A stretch of 63,871 nt of DNA, filler included, from Octopus bimaculoides (lineage: Eukaryota), in assembly GCF_001194135.2 (NCBI RefSeq). It is 9 parts of 7 records of this genome, joined end to end, with 100 filler letters (N's around TTAATTAATTAA, not from the genome) between each part and the next. Parts side by side here need not be neighbours in the genome. Positions count along the whole stretch, not along the records: positions 30,799 to 54,827 come from NC_068982.1; 8 more parts are not named here. One strand, 5' to 3'. The notes beneath the pieces were generated by a model. That model had not been told where the DNA came from, did not search any database, and saw only the letters and a program-made list of their open reading frames with translations. Position numbers and translations under genes: made by a program. Position 1 is the stretch's first letter. Each line of letters opens with the position of its first letter. Below, piece by piece: positions 34,468-47,031 of the stretch.

Positions 34468-35199
34468 CTGTTCAGAAAGAAATGAAAACAAATGAGTTAA
34501 CAACCTACAGCAACAGCAGAGGCAGCGACATTTGCCGGTTCTTGAATTGAATCCAATAGTAAGGAAAACCATGAGTGTTGTCAGTTGCTGCAGCTATAGT
34601 ACTAGTGGTCGCCATTCTGAGAATGGCCTGAACAGAAAATAGAAACACAGAATCATTCCACCCTCAACATTACCAACACCACAAACTGATGAAGTGGACT
34701 TCGAAAAACTGATGGCTCTATACCACTTTGCACAGAGCCAGTTAGAAGTTCCTAAAAGGTTCTCCACGGCAGTGATGAAGTAGACACAGAGTTCAGAGTA
34801 AAATGGAAAGAGAATGAAAATAGAATAGATCCAGACCTGAATCAAGAGTTGCTGGAAGCCCTCTATTGAATGACTCTGGTTACAAGCAGCGAAGAAATAT
34901 ATACAGCCTGATGGAACAACTGGTGAACTAAAACAGTTTTAATAAAATACAGTGTTGATACTTTTCTTTTAGTATTTCATAATGTTGCTGTAACTTCTAT
35001 TATAAGGTTTAATTCTGCCGTGCACTTAGATGTATTCTTTCTTGATTGTGAATAGGCTGCCAGAGACAATGCCGTGAATAGGTTCTACCTGATCTCCACA
35101 TTATGCAGTTGATTCATGTATTATATAGTCTTCACTACATGCTTTCGGCGGTTTCTGGTGGAGGAGCATCGATACTGTACCTCAGTTAAGTATTCTGAA

Positions 35200-37146
35200 G
35201 TCATAGTTTTAAGACCTCACTTTTCTCACACTGTTGCTAATTGTCATTACCTACTTTCACTCTCTTTCTCTATCTGTTTCAGGCATTGACCATCGCTTTC
35301 CCATGGCATTCGGTAACCCCACTTATATCCTAGATTTTAGCCTTTTCAAAATTTCAGTAGTTGGTTTTCCTTTTTCTTCAAACCAGCTGTCATTTCAGCA
35401 TCTGTTTATTATTATTTGCTTTCTTCAAGACAGACAACAGCTCTTCAAGACAGACAGTAGCTCTTCTGGGTTTTTTCTTTTTCTTTTTTTTTTCTTCTTA
35501 TTATTTTGTTCATATTCTGTAGTTATTTAGTTATTTGTATTAATTTTCCATTATCCATTACTAGTTATTTCTGCTGTCCTACAGTGTATTATAATTTTCC
35601 AGATGGCTACATAAGAATTTAATCTCTTCGTATTCGTGATAAATATAATCTTTCTATATCAGTTTACGCTAAATGAAGTCATTACATTTTTTTTAATGTC
35701 TATTCCTGCTACTTTGTTTGCCATCCAATTGAAAATATAATAACTATAACTTATTAATGGGACAGCAAGTGTATTGATGTCTAGTTCCATATTTAACTAT
35801 TAATCTAGTGGGTCTATGAGATTTATTCTTAATATGTTATATGTTGTAAACAGTCTAGTATATTAATTCCTAAGTACTTGGGCGTCTGTATTTTTTCTGG
35901 TTCTATTATAACATTTTTATATATAGCATGGCGTTAATGGTTTTAATCAAATTTCCTCCTTTCGAAGTTGCTTTAGAGTATTTTTCTAATCTGAATCTCA
36001 TATCAATCTGGTAGATACATGTTCTCTCCGTAGTAATATTTCTTGCTGTTTATCATATGCATCGTGCGACTTAAGGTCATCCGTACCCAAAACATGGTTC
36101 ATTAAACTTACCATGGTATTAGTAGGTGTCTAGACTTGTTTAACATGTCGTTAAATGCGTTTTCTCTTGTAATATACCTCTTCTAATGGAAATGCGTTTA
36201 GTTTTCATTATTCCTTCTATTTTTATGAGTATCTGTACAATTGCTAAGACATGTTTCGTGCGTCCTCCTAATACTGGTATTACTCACCTCATGGCTAGTG
36301 TTTCCATATTGACAAAAGGCTTCTGGTAGTTAGTCTTTTCTATGCTCAGATTCTTCTTCCTCTTGCTGTCTCAGGTACGGCGGTATTATTGATCAGTTAC
36401 TGATCTTCATATCAATACAATTCATTGCAGCGTCCCTTCTTTTTGTACAGATTTTCAGGATTGTTCAGATGCTATGTTCGCTATTTCGAACGCACTTCTT
36501 CGTGGTAATTCCCTTTCTAACCACATCCTTCTCCTAATTTTTTTCTCCTTTCTTTGCTGTTGGTGCTGCATTGATTTCTATAATTTTTAACAAATTCTTG
36601 GTAAAAATCGGTTTGGGTCACAGTCGAATCATTGACGTTCTTTTTATACTAACAAATTCTTTGTGAATTAGCGAGGATCTCTTGGTTCAATCGTTCTTTG
36701 ATTTAGGGTCCCCCAAAGGGAATTTACCCGATTCTTTAAGCTGTCCTCACAGCTTTTCTGCGTTCGCGAACTCCTTTCTTTACTGTAGATTACCGACACA
36801 TGCGACGCTTATAAGTTTGTTTACAAAATGTTCTCACAATCCCAAAAGCTATTATTTAGCATTAAAATAAGATCGAATCTACTACCAGAGGTCTCTTAGC
36901 CTATTGGTTAGAGCGCTTAGCCGGAATTTGAGAGGCGCAGTGTTCGATTCCTTGTGGAAGCTTACTGGCTACAATTTTCCGTCATGGATGCAGGAAAGTT
37001 GTCCTCATCCACACATTCCTTTATATATAAAGAAAACGTTAGATATGTTTCGACAAAAGATTGGTCTAGGCCATGTCTAACTTAATAGCACCACCTGATA
37101 AAATTATCTGTCAGAAGTGGGATATATATATATATATGTCAGAAGT

Positions 37147-37192
<46 letters not shown>

Positions 37193-37560
37193 ATTTGCCT
37201 CTTTCTCTTTTCAATTATGCCGTCTCATCATTAAGGACTGAGCGACCCTTTCTCTTATTTTGTTACTTTACTGATGCCACCATGTTGTTTATTTCTTGTT
37301 TGAGTAAATCTGAAGAATTCCCTTCCAACAACGATTGCCTTATATCTTATTTAACTTAGTAATATTGATTTTGCATCTGTTTCAATTTGGTCTGATTTCT
37401 TTTTATTGTTTTGCCATTTTATCATAGAAATGTAATGTCGTTGGTTTATAGGAAGATTTTCTTTTTCATAATTCTTCATTTATTTATTAATAAATTGATA
37501 TAGATTGTCCTGATCATAATTTCCACCATTAAAAATGTCTGTTCTGAAATCTTATATCTC
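35200..37560 (-). mobile_element. Old R4/Dong-like LINE relic, minus strand
   Basis: Reverse complement gives KRISIRRGILQ and INTLAVPLISYSYYIFNW..DIERL, homologous to the D2 RT region. Boundaries approximate. Confidence 0.6.
36890..36962 (+). pseudogene. tRNA-like sequence (pseudogene or SINE head)
   Basis: A-box TAGCCTATTGGTTAGAGC and B-box GTTCGATTCC present, but the acceptor stem does not pair. Confidence 0.45.
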
Positions 37561-38143
37561 CCTTAATTTATATTTTTGTTTGTATTGTTCTTGTTCGGTG
37601 TTTGTTACCAGTATTTTGTAGGAATTATACGATTTGATTTGATTTGGACATATTCTATTATTAGTCATTTTGTTTTACATGCCTTAGTTTTATATTTGCG
37701 GATTACTTTTCAATATTTTATGGCTTTTGTTGTTGTTTTGTTACGTTACTTGTGTCTTTTTTTTTTCAATTTCTGTTCCTTTTTTCTTTTATTTTGTGAA
37801 TATATCTTTTTAAGTTATTCTGTTGGAGTCCAGCGATATATTTAGGTCTAGACATAAAAATATACTTTTCAGACATGTTGCTTTTTGAGATTGTACCTTT
37901 GATACTACTTATGTGAACTTTTACACTATCTCAAGAATCAAATGCTTCAGAAAGATATTTAACTTCATATTACAAATATCAAAATAAGCATGGAATTTTC
38001 GCTGGTACTGCCAGTGTTACTATTGTTGTTGTTGTTGATGCTGTTGCTGATGGTGTTGTTGTTGTTGAGAAATAAAATAGTTGTTGTTAAAAAATAAACA
38101 GCTAGACCTGTAGAGTTCCGAGCCAAATGTTTGCGCTAATTAC

Positions 38144-38194
<51 letters not shown>

Positions 38195-38741
38195 TCACTT
38201 ACTCTCGCCCCCCTCTCTCTCTGAGTTTAAAATATGTTCGATGATCGACTTTTCTTTTCATCCATCCAAGATCGATAAATAACGTGCACTTCAAATACTG
38301 CAATAGACGCAGTTGACTTATACCATTATCAAAATATATGGTTTTGTGCTAACTGTATAAATTATTGTTATTTACAGCTTCAATAAGAGTGATGGTTAGG
38401 AGGTTCAGTATCATTCCTTTAAATTCTGAGTTTTAAATCCATCAATGTCGACCTTGCTTTCTGCTGTTCTTCAGTCAATATAATATGTACCAGTCAAGTA
38501 GATTCGTTGTTCGAGAATCACCTCTTCAGCATTTACGGATTTATGCCTATGTAAGAAATTATTGTTAGGTAGATTTTGTTGAATGTCACAAAACTAAACC
38601 AAATACAAAACAGCCCCTGTTTGAATCATAATATTTGTTTCTGCTAATATTTATTAAATGCATTAGTATTACAGAAGACTAAAGGAGATAAAATATTATA
38701 TATCTTCCCCATGGAGGAAAAGTGTTTTGTTCAGCGTGCTG

Positions 38742-38975
38742 ACTAACGTTTCTGCCAGCTCACTGCCTTTATAATTATTTTCAACTACCGTTAGTAGGCC
38801 TGAAATTTTGAGAAGGGGCAAGTCGATTACATCAACCTCAGTGCTCACATGATACATATTCTATGGACCCCGAAAGGATGAAAAGTAAAGTTGACTTCGG
38901 CTGAATTTGCACCCAAAACGTAAAGAGACATAAGCATTTTGTCCTTTTGCCGAACGATTCTTCCAGCTTGTTACG
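38742..38975 (-). mobile_element. S1 SINE
   Basis: cccgaaaggatgaaaagtaaagttgacttcggc core. Confidence 0.7.
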
Positions 38976-39289
38976 TTAAGGAGGAGAATGAATTTTAGTT
39001 TGCAATTTATCTTCCGACTCATTTCGTTTTGTATTCAAATTCTACGTAATTCCACTTTACCGTTCATCTGTCATGGTTGATAAAATACAATATCAGACAA
39101 GTACCGGGGTTTGTAGTTTTAAATTATCCCCTACCTTCAAAACTGCTGGCCTTGTGCCTGAGTCAAAGCCCTTATTCATTTGTTTTGGGCGTGAGTTACA
39201 GAAATACACTTGAAGTGGTAACAGTTTGAAATGTTCCCCATGATAATGATTGCTAACTCCCTCCATCACGGAAAGAAGAAATCAAATAC

Positions 39290-39318
39290 GTTCGAATAAC
39301 GACTATTGGAAATAATGG
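39290..39318 (-). CDS. Exon E9 (29 nt): PLFPIVVIR
   Basis: Poly-T tract then cag| acceptor, AC|gtattt donor. Phase 0->2 bridges E8 and E10. Confidence 0.55.
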
Positions 39319-39806
39319 CTGAAAAAAAAACGTTCATATTTCTTTCCAGCTATTAGCTGCAACGCCATTAATAACTTATACATGAATAATAAGTGAGACC
39401 AAAAATTGCAAGTGATAATGAGGAGTATAAAATTATGGAAGCATGTGATAATAGAGATGGCAACAACAATAACGTCGATAGTAGTATTGCCAGTTAAAAC
39501 AACAAAAGTAGTAATAATATCAGTGGTAATGAGAAGGAAAATATCTAAGATATTTTTTCCAAGAAAACATTTCGATCACAAAATGCGGCCATAGTTTAAC
39601 AGTAATTAAATAATTCTACCCACAAAGAATTACGCAACTAAATGGAAGACAATTATGTTCATATGCATAAGCCGTAAGAGGAAAGAAGACAAAAAAAATT
39701 CGATCAAAAGGCACTTTAGACGGAACATTGTTAAAGAACTCAAGCCACATTAAACACATGGGAAGGACAGTTTATTTTCGATTACGGAATAGAATTATCT
39801 ACTCAC

Positions 39807-40009
39807 AAGACCAAAGGACTGAAAATGCTCTGGTCGGTCTGGATATGCAAAACAATCATAACTACTGCTTCGTTCAGGAAGTAACTCGGTTTGTTTATAT
39901 AGAAATAGCAGGTGACCAGTTGAGGTAAAACATTCATGCATGTTTTGGGATATCATAGATGTCAGCATCGACCAATGTGAGGACTGCCTTGGAATGAATC
40001 TCCATTTTG
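39807..40009 (-). CDS. Exon E8 (203 nt): (A)KWRFIPRQSSHWSMLTSMISQNMHECFTSTGHLLFLYKQTELLPERSSSYDCFAYPDRPEHFQSFGL
   Basis: 67 open codons in unique sequence. gtgcag| acceptor and strong CTT|gtgagt donor (phase 0). Confidence 0.7.
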
Positions 40010-40302
40010 CTGCACCGAATACACAAAATATTGGGTTTTATCAGATGTTTTCCTGATAAAAGAGCTAGATACCGATAATTCTAGCTTAATACAAGTTGAA
40101 TATTTATGGTTGGTGTTTTTAAAATGACGCGAGTATAGAAGTGTGTGTGTGATTATTTTAGTTCAAAGAATTCTAAATTTTTACGTTTGTGTATCTGTTT
40201 TTCAAGATACTTGATGTGAAATCTGGTGTTGAAACAAATATTAATATACTTGAGGATGATCATATTTTGCCAATTAAACACGCGCAGCTTTATGATTATC
40301 AT

Positions 40303-40515
40303 TGCGAGTTGGCAGAATCGTTAGCACGCTGGGTGAAACGCTCAGCGGTATTTCATCCGTCGCTACGTTCTGAGTTCAAATTCTGCCGAGGTTGACTTTG
40401 CCTTTCATCCTTTCTGGGTCGATAAATTAAGTACCAGTGAAACACTGGGGTTGATATAATCTACTAGTCACCTCCCCTCCAATTTCAGGCCTTGTGCCTT
40501 TAGTAGAAAGGGCTA
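40303..40515 (+). mobile_element. S1 SINE
   Basis: Near-consensus copy. Confidence 0.9.
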
Positions 40516-41628
40516 TTGCTTTGGTTTCTTTGTCAAAGCTCTTTCGTCACATCACGTGACCTTTTCGGTGACTCTTTATTCCACGTGTCTCCTCTTGTTT
40601 TTGATTAGTTCATTTTGTCTTTCTGTGTTATGTATCCCTATCTGCGCATGTGTTTGCGTCTGAATTTGTATGCGTGCACGTGTGTCTGTGTTTAGTATGA
40701 GTTTTGCGTGTATGTGTATGAGTTTGCTTACTACACTGTACCCGTGTCTTTTATTGTCATTCTATTTATTTATTTGATTATTCATTTGTTTGTTTTTCTT
40801 TCCCAGTCCAGCTTTAGTGAGTTGATGTGTGTCATGAATGTGCGTGTGTGATAATCGGTTTATATATTATGGTGTTTGTATCAGTGTCTCCTTTTTTTCT
40901 TCTCTCATTTTGTCTTTAGTCGTCGGGTTGCGTGGAGTGATGGGGTAGAGGGCTATTATTATTCCGCTCACATTTTCTGTTGAGGTCTGGTCTGTCTATT
41001 ACTGTGTGGCCTCCGTAATTTGTATGTCCCTAAACTTGCCACACATAGCCAAAGCTAACCAACTCAAATCCCCCAAATGTTTCACTATACTTAGCTGAAG
41101 CACATTAGATAAAGAATACAGCTTCCGATGTTTGGAGAAAGGATTGTAAGCTTCAAGACAGGAAAACAACTCAGATGATTTTCAGTTGAGAAATGGATTC
41201 GAAGTTTTGAAGACTTTTCCATGTTTAAGAACTAACAACAGCAACAAATCTATTCTATTAAAATATAATCTACATACTCAACAAACAGTTGACACAAGAA
41301 TTACAACAACAACAACAACAACAAAATTCAATAAAAAGAAATGCTGGTTTATGTTTTGTCTTGTAGTTACCAGCTTCCGGATCATAAGTGGTGAGTGGGG
41401 AGAAGAACATTGCGTGCTCATAGATGAAGTGATAGCAAATGAATGAGTGGAGGAACATTTTCAATATGAAAAATGAAAAATCATGCAAGAGATGCACCGA
41501 CCGACAACAGAAGCTTTCTTAGTAGCCCAACATCGGCCAGAAGCTCCAGTTCCAGCTTGCATCACCCTATTATGCAACAGCCTGGAGATTGTAGCTCTTG
41601 GTGAGCAAGGGCCTTTTTGTCACTAATA

Positions 41629-41724
41629 TGACAAGAATAAAACTGTCGAAAATCCCACAAAATCCCACAAAAAGTTTCGAGTTATTCTTATATTGTGGGA
41701 TTTTCGACAGTTTTATTTTTGTCA
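41629..41724. mobile_element. 96-bp MITE-like hairpin with TA flanks
   Basis: 33-bp inverted repeats with 1 mismatch (ATGACAAGAATAAAACTGTCGAAAATCCCACAA). Confidence 0.65.
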
Positions 41725-42218
41725 TAACAGCTGGGAAAAGTAAGTAAATTGCATTTTGTTCTCTCGAAATTGCAATGTGACGCTGATCGGTGAGCTAAGA
41801 AAACAAAAATTCGAAACATTTTGCTAGATAAAGAAATCAAAGGATTTCTACAGAAACCAGTAAAGGTTAAACGACTGAATAAAATGACAGTCGTAGTTTA
41901 TCTATTGATGATGTATCTCGTTCCTGATGATATGGTGAGTTGTTGCTTTTTGCTTTTAGTTCCAGACTTATGGAACTAAAGCAAGCAGACCTATGGTCAA
42001 AAATTTTACAACCATGACCACCCGGTATTTTTTAAAGGCAGGGTTTGTGTTAATATAGATTCAAAAAATGCTTGTAGCAAATCAAGCGACCGCGAAATTC
42101 TTTCCTCGTTGCTCGTAGAGGGAGGATCACATTGTGAGCATACAACACCCGACTTCTTACAGATGGATAGATTTTCTGGAATTTCTACATAAACACTTTG
42201 TCTGTCTGTCTGTCTCTT

Positions 42219-42280
<62 letters not shown>

Positions 42281-42504
42281 GCTGTCTCTCTGTTGCTGTC
42301 TCTCTCTTGATTACATCTCTCTCTTTCTCTCTCTCTCTCTCTCTTTCTCTCTTTCTTTCTGTCTCTCTCGGCCTAATTTATTACTCAATGCAAGGCCGTA
42401 TGCTGCATGTATTAAAAGCATTGGATTTAGATATGATAAACTGTCAGTGAGACTAAGATTGTCAGCACTCTCATTCGATCTAATCAACTATCTTCCTTAT
42501 CATT

Positions 42505-43110
42505 ATTGAGCACAGCTAAGGCAGCTAGATAGAGAATCGTTAGTGCGTCGTACAAAACGCTTTGCAGCATTTCTTCCCTTTCTGAGTTCAAATTCTGCCG
42601 AAGTTAAGTTTGACTTTCATCCTTTCGGAATCGATAGAATAATTACCAAAGCAGCACTGGCGTCGACTTCATCCTCCTTTCAAAATTGCTGGCCTTGTGC
42701 CAAACTTAGAAACAATAATTATTATTAAATTATTATTTCTAATTTACGCACACGACCAAGAATTTTAAGGAGATGTTAGCCGATGTCTTCCGATCAGACT
42801 TCAACTTCTGCTTTTCATCCACTCGGATTCGATAAGTAAAAGTGTCAGTCAAATACTGGGACCAACATCAACCACGAATCTCGTTCCCCACAAAATGTTT
42901 GGCCATGTGCCTAGATTAGAAGCAAGTGTTATTGTTGATGTTAGAGTGAACGGATTGTCAGAATCGTTAGGGCGACGGACAAAATTACCTTGCGATATTT
43001 TAATTGCATACCTTGAGGTTCTGAAGTCAAGTCCCTCGGATGTCTACTTTTCTTTTCATCCTTCTTGACTCGATGCAATGCATGACTTTGTCTTGAACCT
43101 GGGTTAGAAA
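42505..43110 (+). mobile_element. Cluster of three S1 SINEs or partial copies
   Basis: Repeated gaatcgttag heads and ttttcatcc..cgat cores at about 42520, 42790 and 42950. Confidence 0.7.
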
Positions 43111-43322
43111 ATAACAATCAATGATTATAATTCTTCTCAACGAAAAGTAATCTTTAGTTTTATCAAATTAAATTATTAAGAAGATAAATGGCACAAGTTT
43201 AAAAGGTACAAGAGCGGATTCAAACCGCCAACACCTCCTCAAAATCAAAATTGCGGCTTTTTGTCCATGTTAGAAATAAAGTGATTACGCTTATCTATTT
43301 ACTTAAAATCAAATCCCACGAC

Positions 43323-43415
43323 CGTCTTCTTCAGTCTTTTCTCTCTTCACATCTGAGGCCATGATCACTTCAGCTTCCAATACATCACTACTTAGCTCCT
43401 TTGAAATATATCTAT
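43323..43415 (-). CDS. Exon E7: (N)RYISKELSSDVLEAEVIMASDVKREKTEED (donor uncertain)
   Basis: gaattttag| acceptor, single open frame (phase 1). The phase-compatible donor G|gtcgtg is weak; other internal GT donors exist. Confidence 0.55.
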
Positions 43416-43971
43416 CTAAAATTCTGAGGTCAATTAATCCAACTTAATACAACACATATATCTACATATATACACCATACATGCACAAAATAGTTGTGCT
43501 CTTCAACACTATACTACAAATTGTAAAGGTAAGCACAGTTGATTATATTAATCTAGTAATTGAGTGGATTTTTTTAGTTTCTTGATCTCTGAAGGATGAA
43601 AGGCAAAGCTAACCTTAGATAAAATTGAATTCAAAGCATAAAAGGCGTGATTGAATATTTCAATGTATTTTCTCTGACGTTTTGAGGCTTGACAAGGCTG
43701 AAATGCTTAACATCAGATGTTTATCTTTCTAACAGTCTTTATTATCTTCTCGTATCACTTGAAACAAAAGATGAGGAGAGAGAGTGAGCTTCAGTAAATT
43801 TGATGAAAGAATGATTAGGTAAATTACCCAGGAGTAACTTAACATAAAAATAATAGTTAAGTCCGTGATAATCTAATGTAGTAAAGTTACACCTTTAAAG
43901 AGGAGAACGAGTTGTTAGCTGAATGAGGGCAAGAAATAAGAAGTGAGTCTCATCTGTAAGATGGTTTAAAA

Positions 43972-44150
43972 TTGTCGGAGCCCTGGGAACAGTGAGCAAA
44001 AATCTCGAGAAGTACGTGGAACAAACAGGGGCTGCAATAAGGGTGGAGCACTTGCAGAAAACAGCACTGCTTGGAACCGTTCCAATACTCCGGAAGGTGC
44101 TCGAAAAATAAGAGGTGTTACCTTATTTCACTGGTAGTGAACAGCTGACA
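43972..44150 (+). mobile_element. D4 LINE 3' fragment
   Basis: Nearly identical to 29540-29720. Confidence 0.85.
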
Positions 44151-44465
44151 CTATTCTGCCTGGAGAACTCAACTCATTTATAGATTGGCTTTAGCATTTG
44201 TTATCCATTATTTTACTGATATTGTATAACGGGGGTTTTAATCTCATGTATTATAGACTATTGTATAAAACTGAATTTGGCTCAAGTTAAATTGTGATTA
44301 AAGATTGATTCCTATAACAGTATTCAGTTTCTATTTTTTCTGTCTTTATAAGCCGTTATAAAAACAAAAATCTCAAAAAGATAATGATTTTTGTTTTTAT
44401 AACGACTTTCCTTCAGAGTCTCTCCTTCACCTTTTTGTTTTCAGACAAATAAAGAAAACATAACT

Positions 44466-44925
44466 GTTGTTATTGGGTGAGAGAGCAGTGCATGCCATCA
44501 AAGTGACACTGGGGTACAATATACAAAGCCCAATATACCCATCATGACTGCCTGTCTGATAAGGGTACACCAGGCACATGCATCACAGTCATATGTGCCC
44601 GAGACGATGATCTCATATCAAGATAAACAGTGCATGACCTTGCAGGTGGCGCCCAGTTAGAATTTTCTTCATATCGAGTAGTCCATCTCGCTCAAAATGT
44701 CCCTGAATAAGGGTTGTTTAAGGATGTTGAACGAAACACCCATGTTTCCAAAAGTGAATAATTCAAACACCGAAGAATTCTTCTCAACGCATAGCTATAA
44801 TGCTACTCCACTACTAGTGCTTGAGTTCAGAGATGCACATATCGTCAGCCACCAATGGACATTCACAACTGGTTAAGGTCAAACAACTGACAAGCAAATC
44901 TGTGATGTTGAGCTGAATATTTTTT
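44466..44925 (-). mobile_element. Family A element, copy 3 (inverted)
   Basis: Reverse complement aligns with 23300-23740 and 27700-28131. Confidence 0.75.
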
Positions 44926-45130
44926 TTTAATGATCAACGAATGTTAGCTTCAGTTTGAAGTTTCATGAAACATTATTGTCAAGTTTTAATGTTAAACGGT
45001 CTTTTGCACCTTCGAGCCCCAAAAAGTGTTCTGTTTTATTTTTGTCTTTTGTTTTTGGAAGAAGATAAATAAAGATAACATTCTCATTTCATGTATATTC
45101 TATAGAAGTTGGGTATGTTTGATGCCATAC

Positions 45131-45211
45131 TCCACGGTACTCTTAAGAACCTAGTGAAATGTTTTGTCTGCCTGAATGCCAGTACTTGCAGTTTCGGTAG
45201 ACATGTAGATA
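45131..45211 (-). CDS. Exon E6 (81 nt): (L)STCLPKLQVLAFRQTKHFTRFLRVPW
   Basis: gatttgctcag| acceptor and A|gtatgg donor. Only the phase 1->1 frame is open. Joins E7. Confidence 0.6.
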
Positions 45212-45319
45212 CTGAGCAAATCATAAGACCATTTGAATCTCAAAATAACCTCTGTTAACTGTGAATGCTTCTGAATTATTTCCGTCTTATGTGTTTTACG
45301 ATACTAGTTGCTTTTTATT

Positions 45320-45545
45320 TTAAGTTGGTTGCAAATTGACGGGATTGTTAACATGCCGGACAAAATGTTTAGCAGTATTTCGTCTGGCTCTTTACGCTCT
45401 CAGGTCAAATGGCGCCGAAGTTGACTTGCCTTTCATATTTCCGGATTCGATAAAATAAAGTACCACTCAAGTACTGGGGTCGATGAAATCGAAATCCTCT
45501 TCCCCTCAAAACATGCTGGACTTGTTCCAAGAGAAGAAAGAATTA
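45320..45545 (+). mobile_element. S1 SINE
   Basis: Diverged head and core. Confidence 0.7.
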
Positions 45546-46198
45546 TCAGTTGGTTTAGTGGCATATTACATTTAGTTCGTTGTCCACTTATATAGCAAGC
45601 ATATTATACTTTTACTTCAGNNNNNNNNNNNNNNNNNNNNNNNNNNNNNNNNNNNNNNNNNNNNNNNNNNNNNNNNNNNNNNNNNNNNNNNNNNNNNNNN
45701 NNNNNNNNNNNNNNNNNNNNNNNNNNNNNNNNNNNNNNNNNNNNNNNNNNNNNNNNNNNNNNNNNNNNNNNNNNNNNNNNNNNNNNNNNNNNNNNNNNNN
45801 NNNNNNNNNNNNNNNNNNNNNNNNNNNNNNNNNNNNNNNNNNNNNNNNNNNNNNNNNNNNNNNNNNNNNNNNNNNNNNNNNNNNNNNNNNNNNNNNNNNN
45901 NNNNNNNNNNNNNNNNNNNNNNNNNNNNNNNNNNNNNNNNNNNNNNNNNNNNNNNNNNNNNNNNNNNNNNNNNNNNNNNNNNNNNNNNNNNNNNNNNNNN
46001 NNNNNNNNNNNNNNNNNNNNNNNNNNNNNNNNNNNNNNNNNNNNNNNNNNNNNNNNNNNNNNNNNNNNNNNNNNNNNNNNNNNNNNNNNNNNNNNNNNNN
46101 NNNNNNNNNNNNNNNNNNNNNNNNNNNNNNNNNNNNNNNNNNNNNNNNNNNNNNNNNNNNNNNNNNNNNNNNNNNNNNNNNNNNNNNNNNNNNNNNNN

Positions 46199-46268
<70 letters not shown>

Positions 46269-46331
46269 TGTGTATGTATGTATGTATGTATGCATGTATT
46301 TATGTATGTGTATATATGTGTATGTATGTAT

Positions 46332-46935
46332 ATACGGGTGTGAAACCTGGACTGTTTACCGTAAGGAGATGAAGAAACTAGAGCGCTTCCATCAATCCAA
46401 ACTTCGCCCTATCCTGAACATCAACTGGGAAGATCACATCCCCAATAACTCTGTGATTGAAAGATCAGGTCTCCTGAGCATCGAAGCATTGATCATTGAA
46501 CATCTTCTCCGATGGTCAGGTCACGTCCGTCAAATGAATGAACACCGCCTTCCCAAGATCTGTCTGTACGCTGAACTGTCTGAAGGAAAACATCCTCGCG
46601 GAGACCACTTGAGGCGGTACAAGGACCAACTCAAATCAACCTTGAAAATCACCAACATCGACCCCGCACACTGGGAAGATATCTCAGCAAACAGACCCCC
46701 TCTGGAGACACACCATCAAAACGGGTTCAGCGAACTTCGAGAAAGCCCGAGTCGCAAGAGCTGAACTGAAGAGGCGGGAGAGAAAGCAGCGCCTTTTCCT
46801 TCCCAGACCAACCCCTTCTATACCTTGTCCACAATGTCCCCATATATTTCATGCAACCCTTGGATTGCGGAGCCATCTGCGGTTCAAACACCCAGGAAAA
46901 TGAACTGGATTGCAAGCTCGGAAACACGAGACGCA
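46332..46935 (+). mobile_element. 5'-truncated RTE LINE 3' end
   Basis: YGCETWTVYR..LRWSGHVRQMNEHRLPKICLYAEL..RYKDQLK and a terminal CPQCPHIF..H..H zinc finger. One frameshift. Confidence 0.9.
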
Positions 46936-46946
46936 GCCAACACACG

Positions 46947-47031
<85 letters not shown>

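Noticed and set aside
36890-36962. Functional tRNA gene
   Set aside because: Acceptor and anticodon stems do not pair and there is no poly-T terminator. Kept only as a tRNA-like relic.
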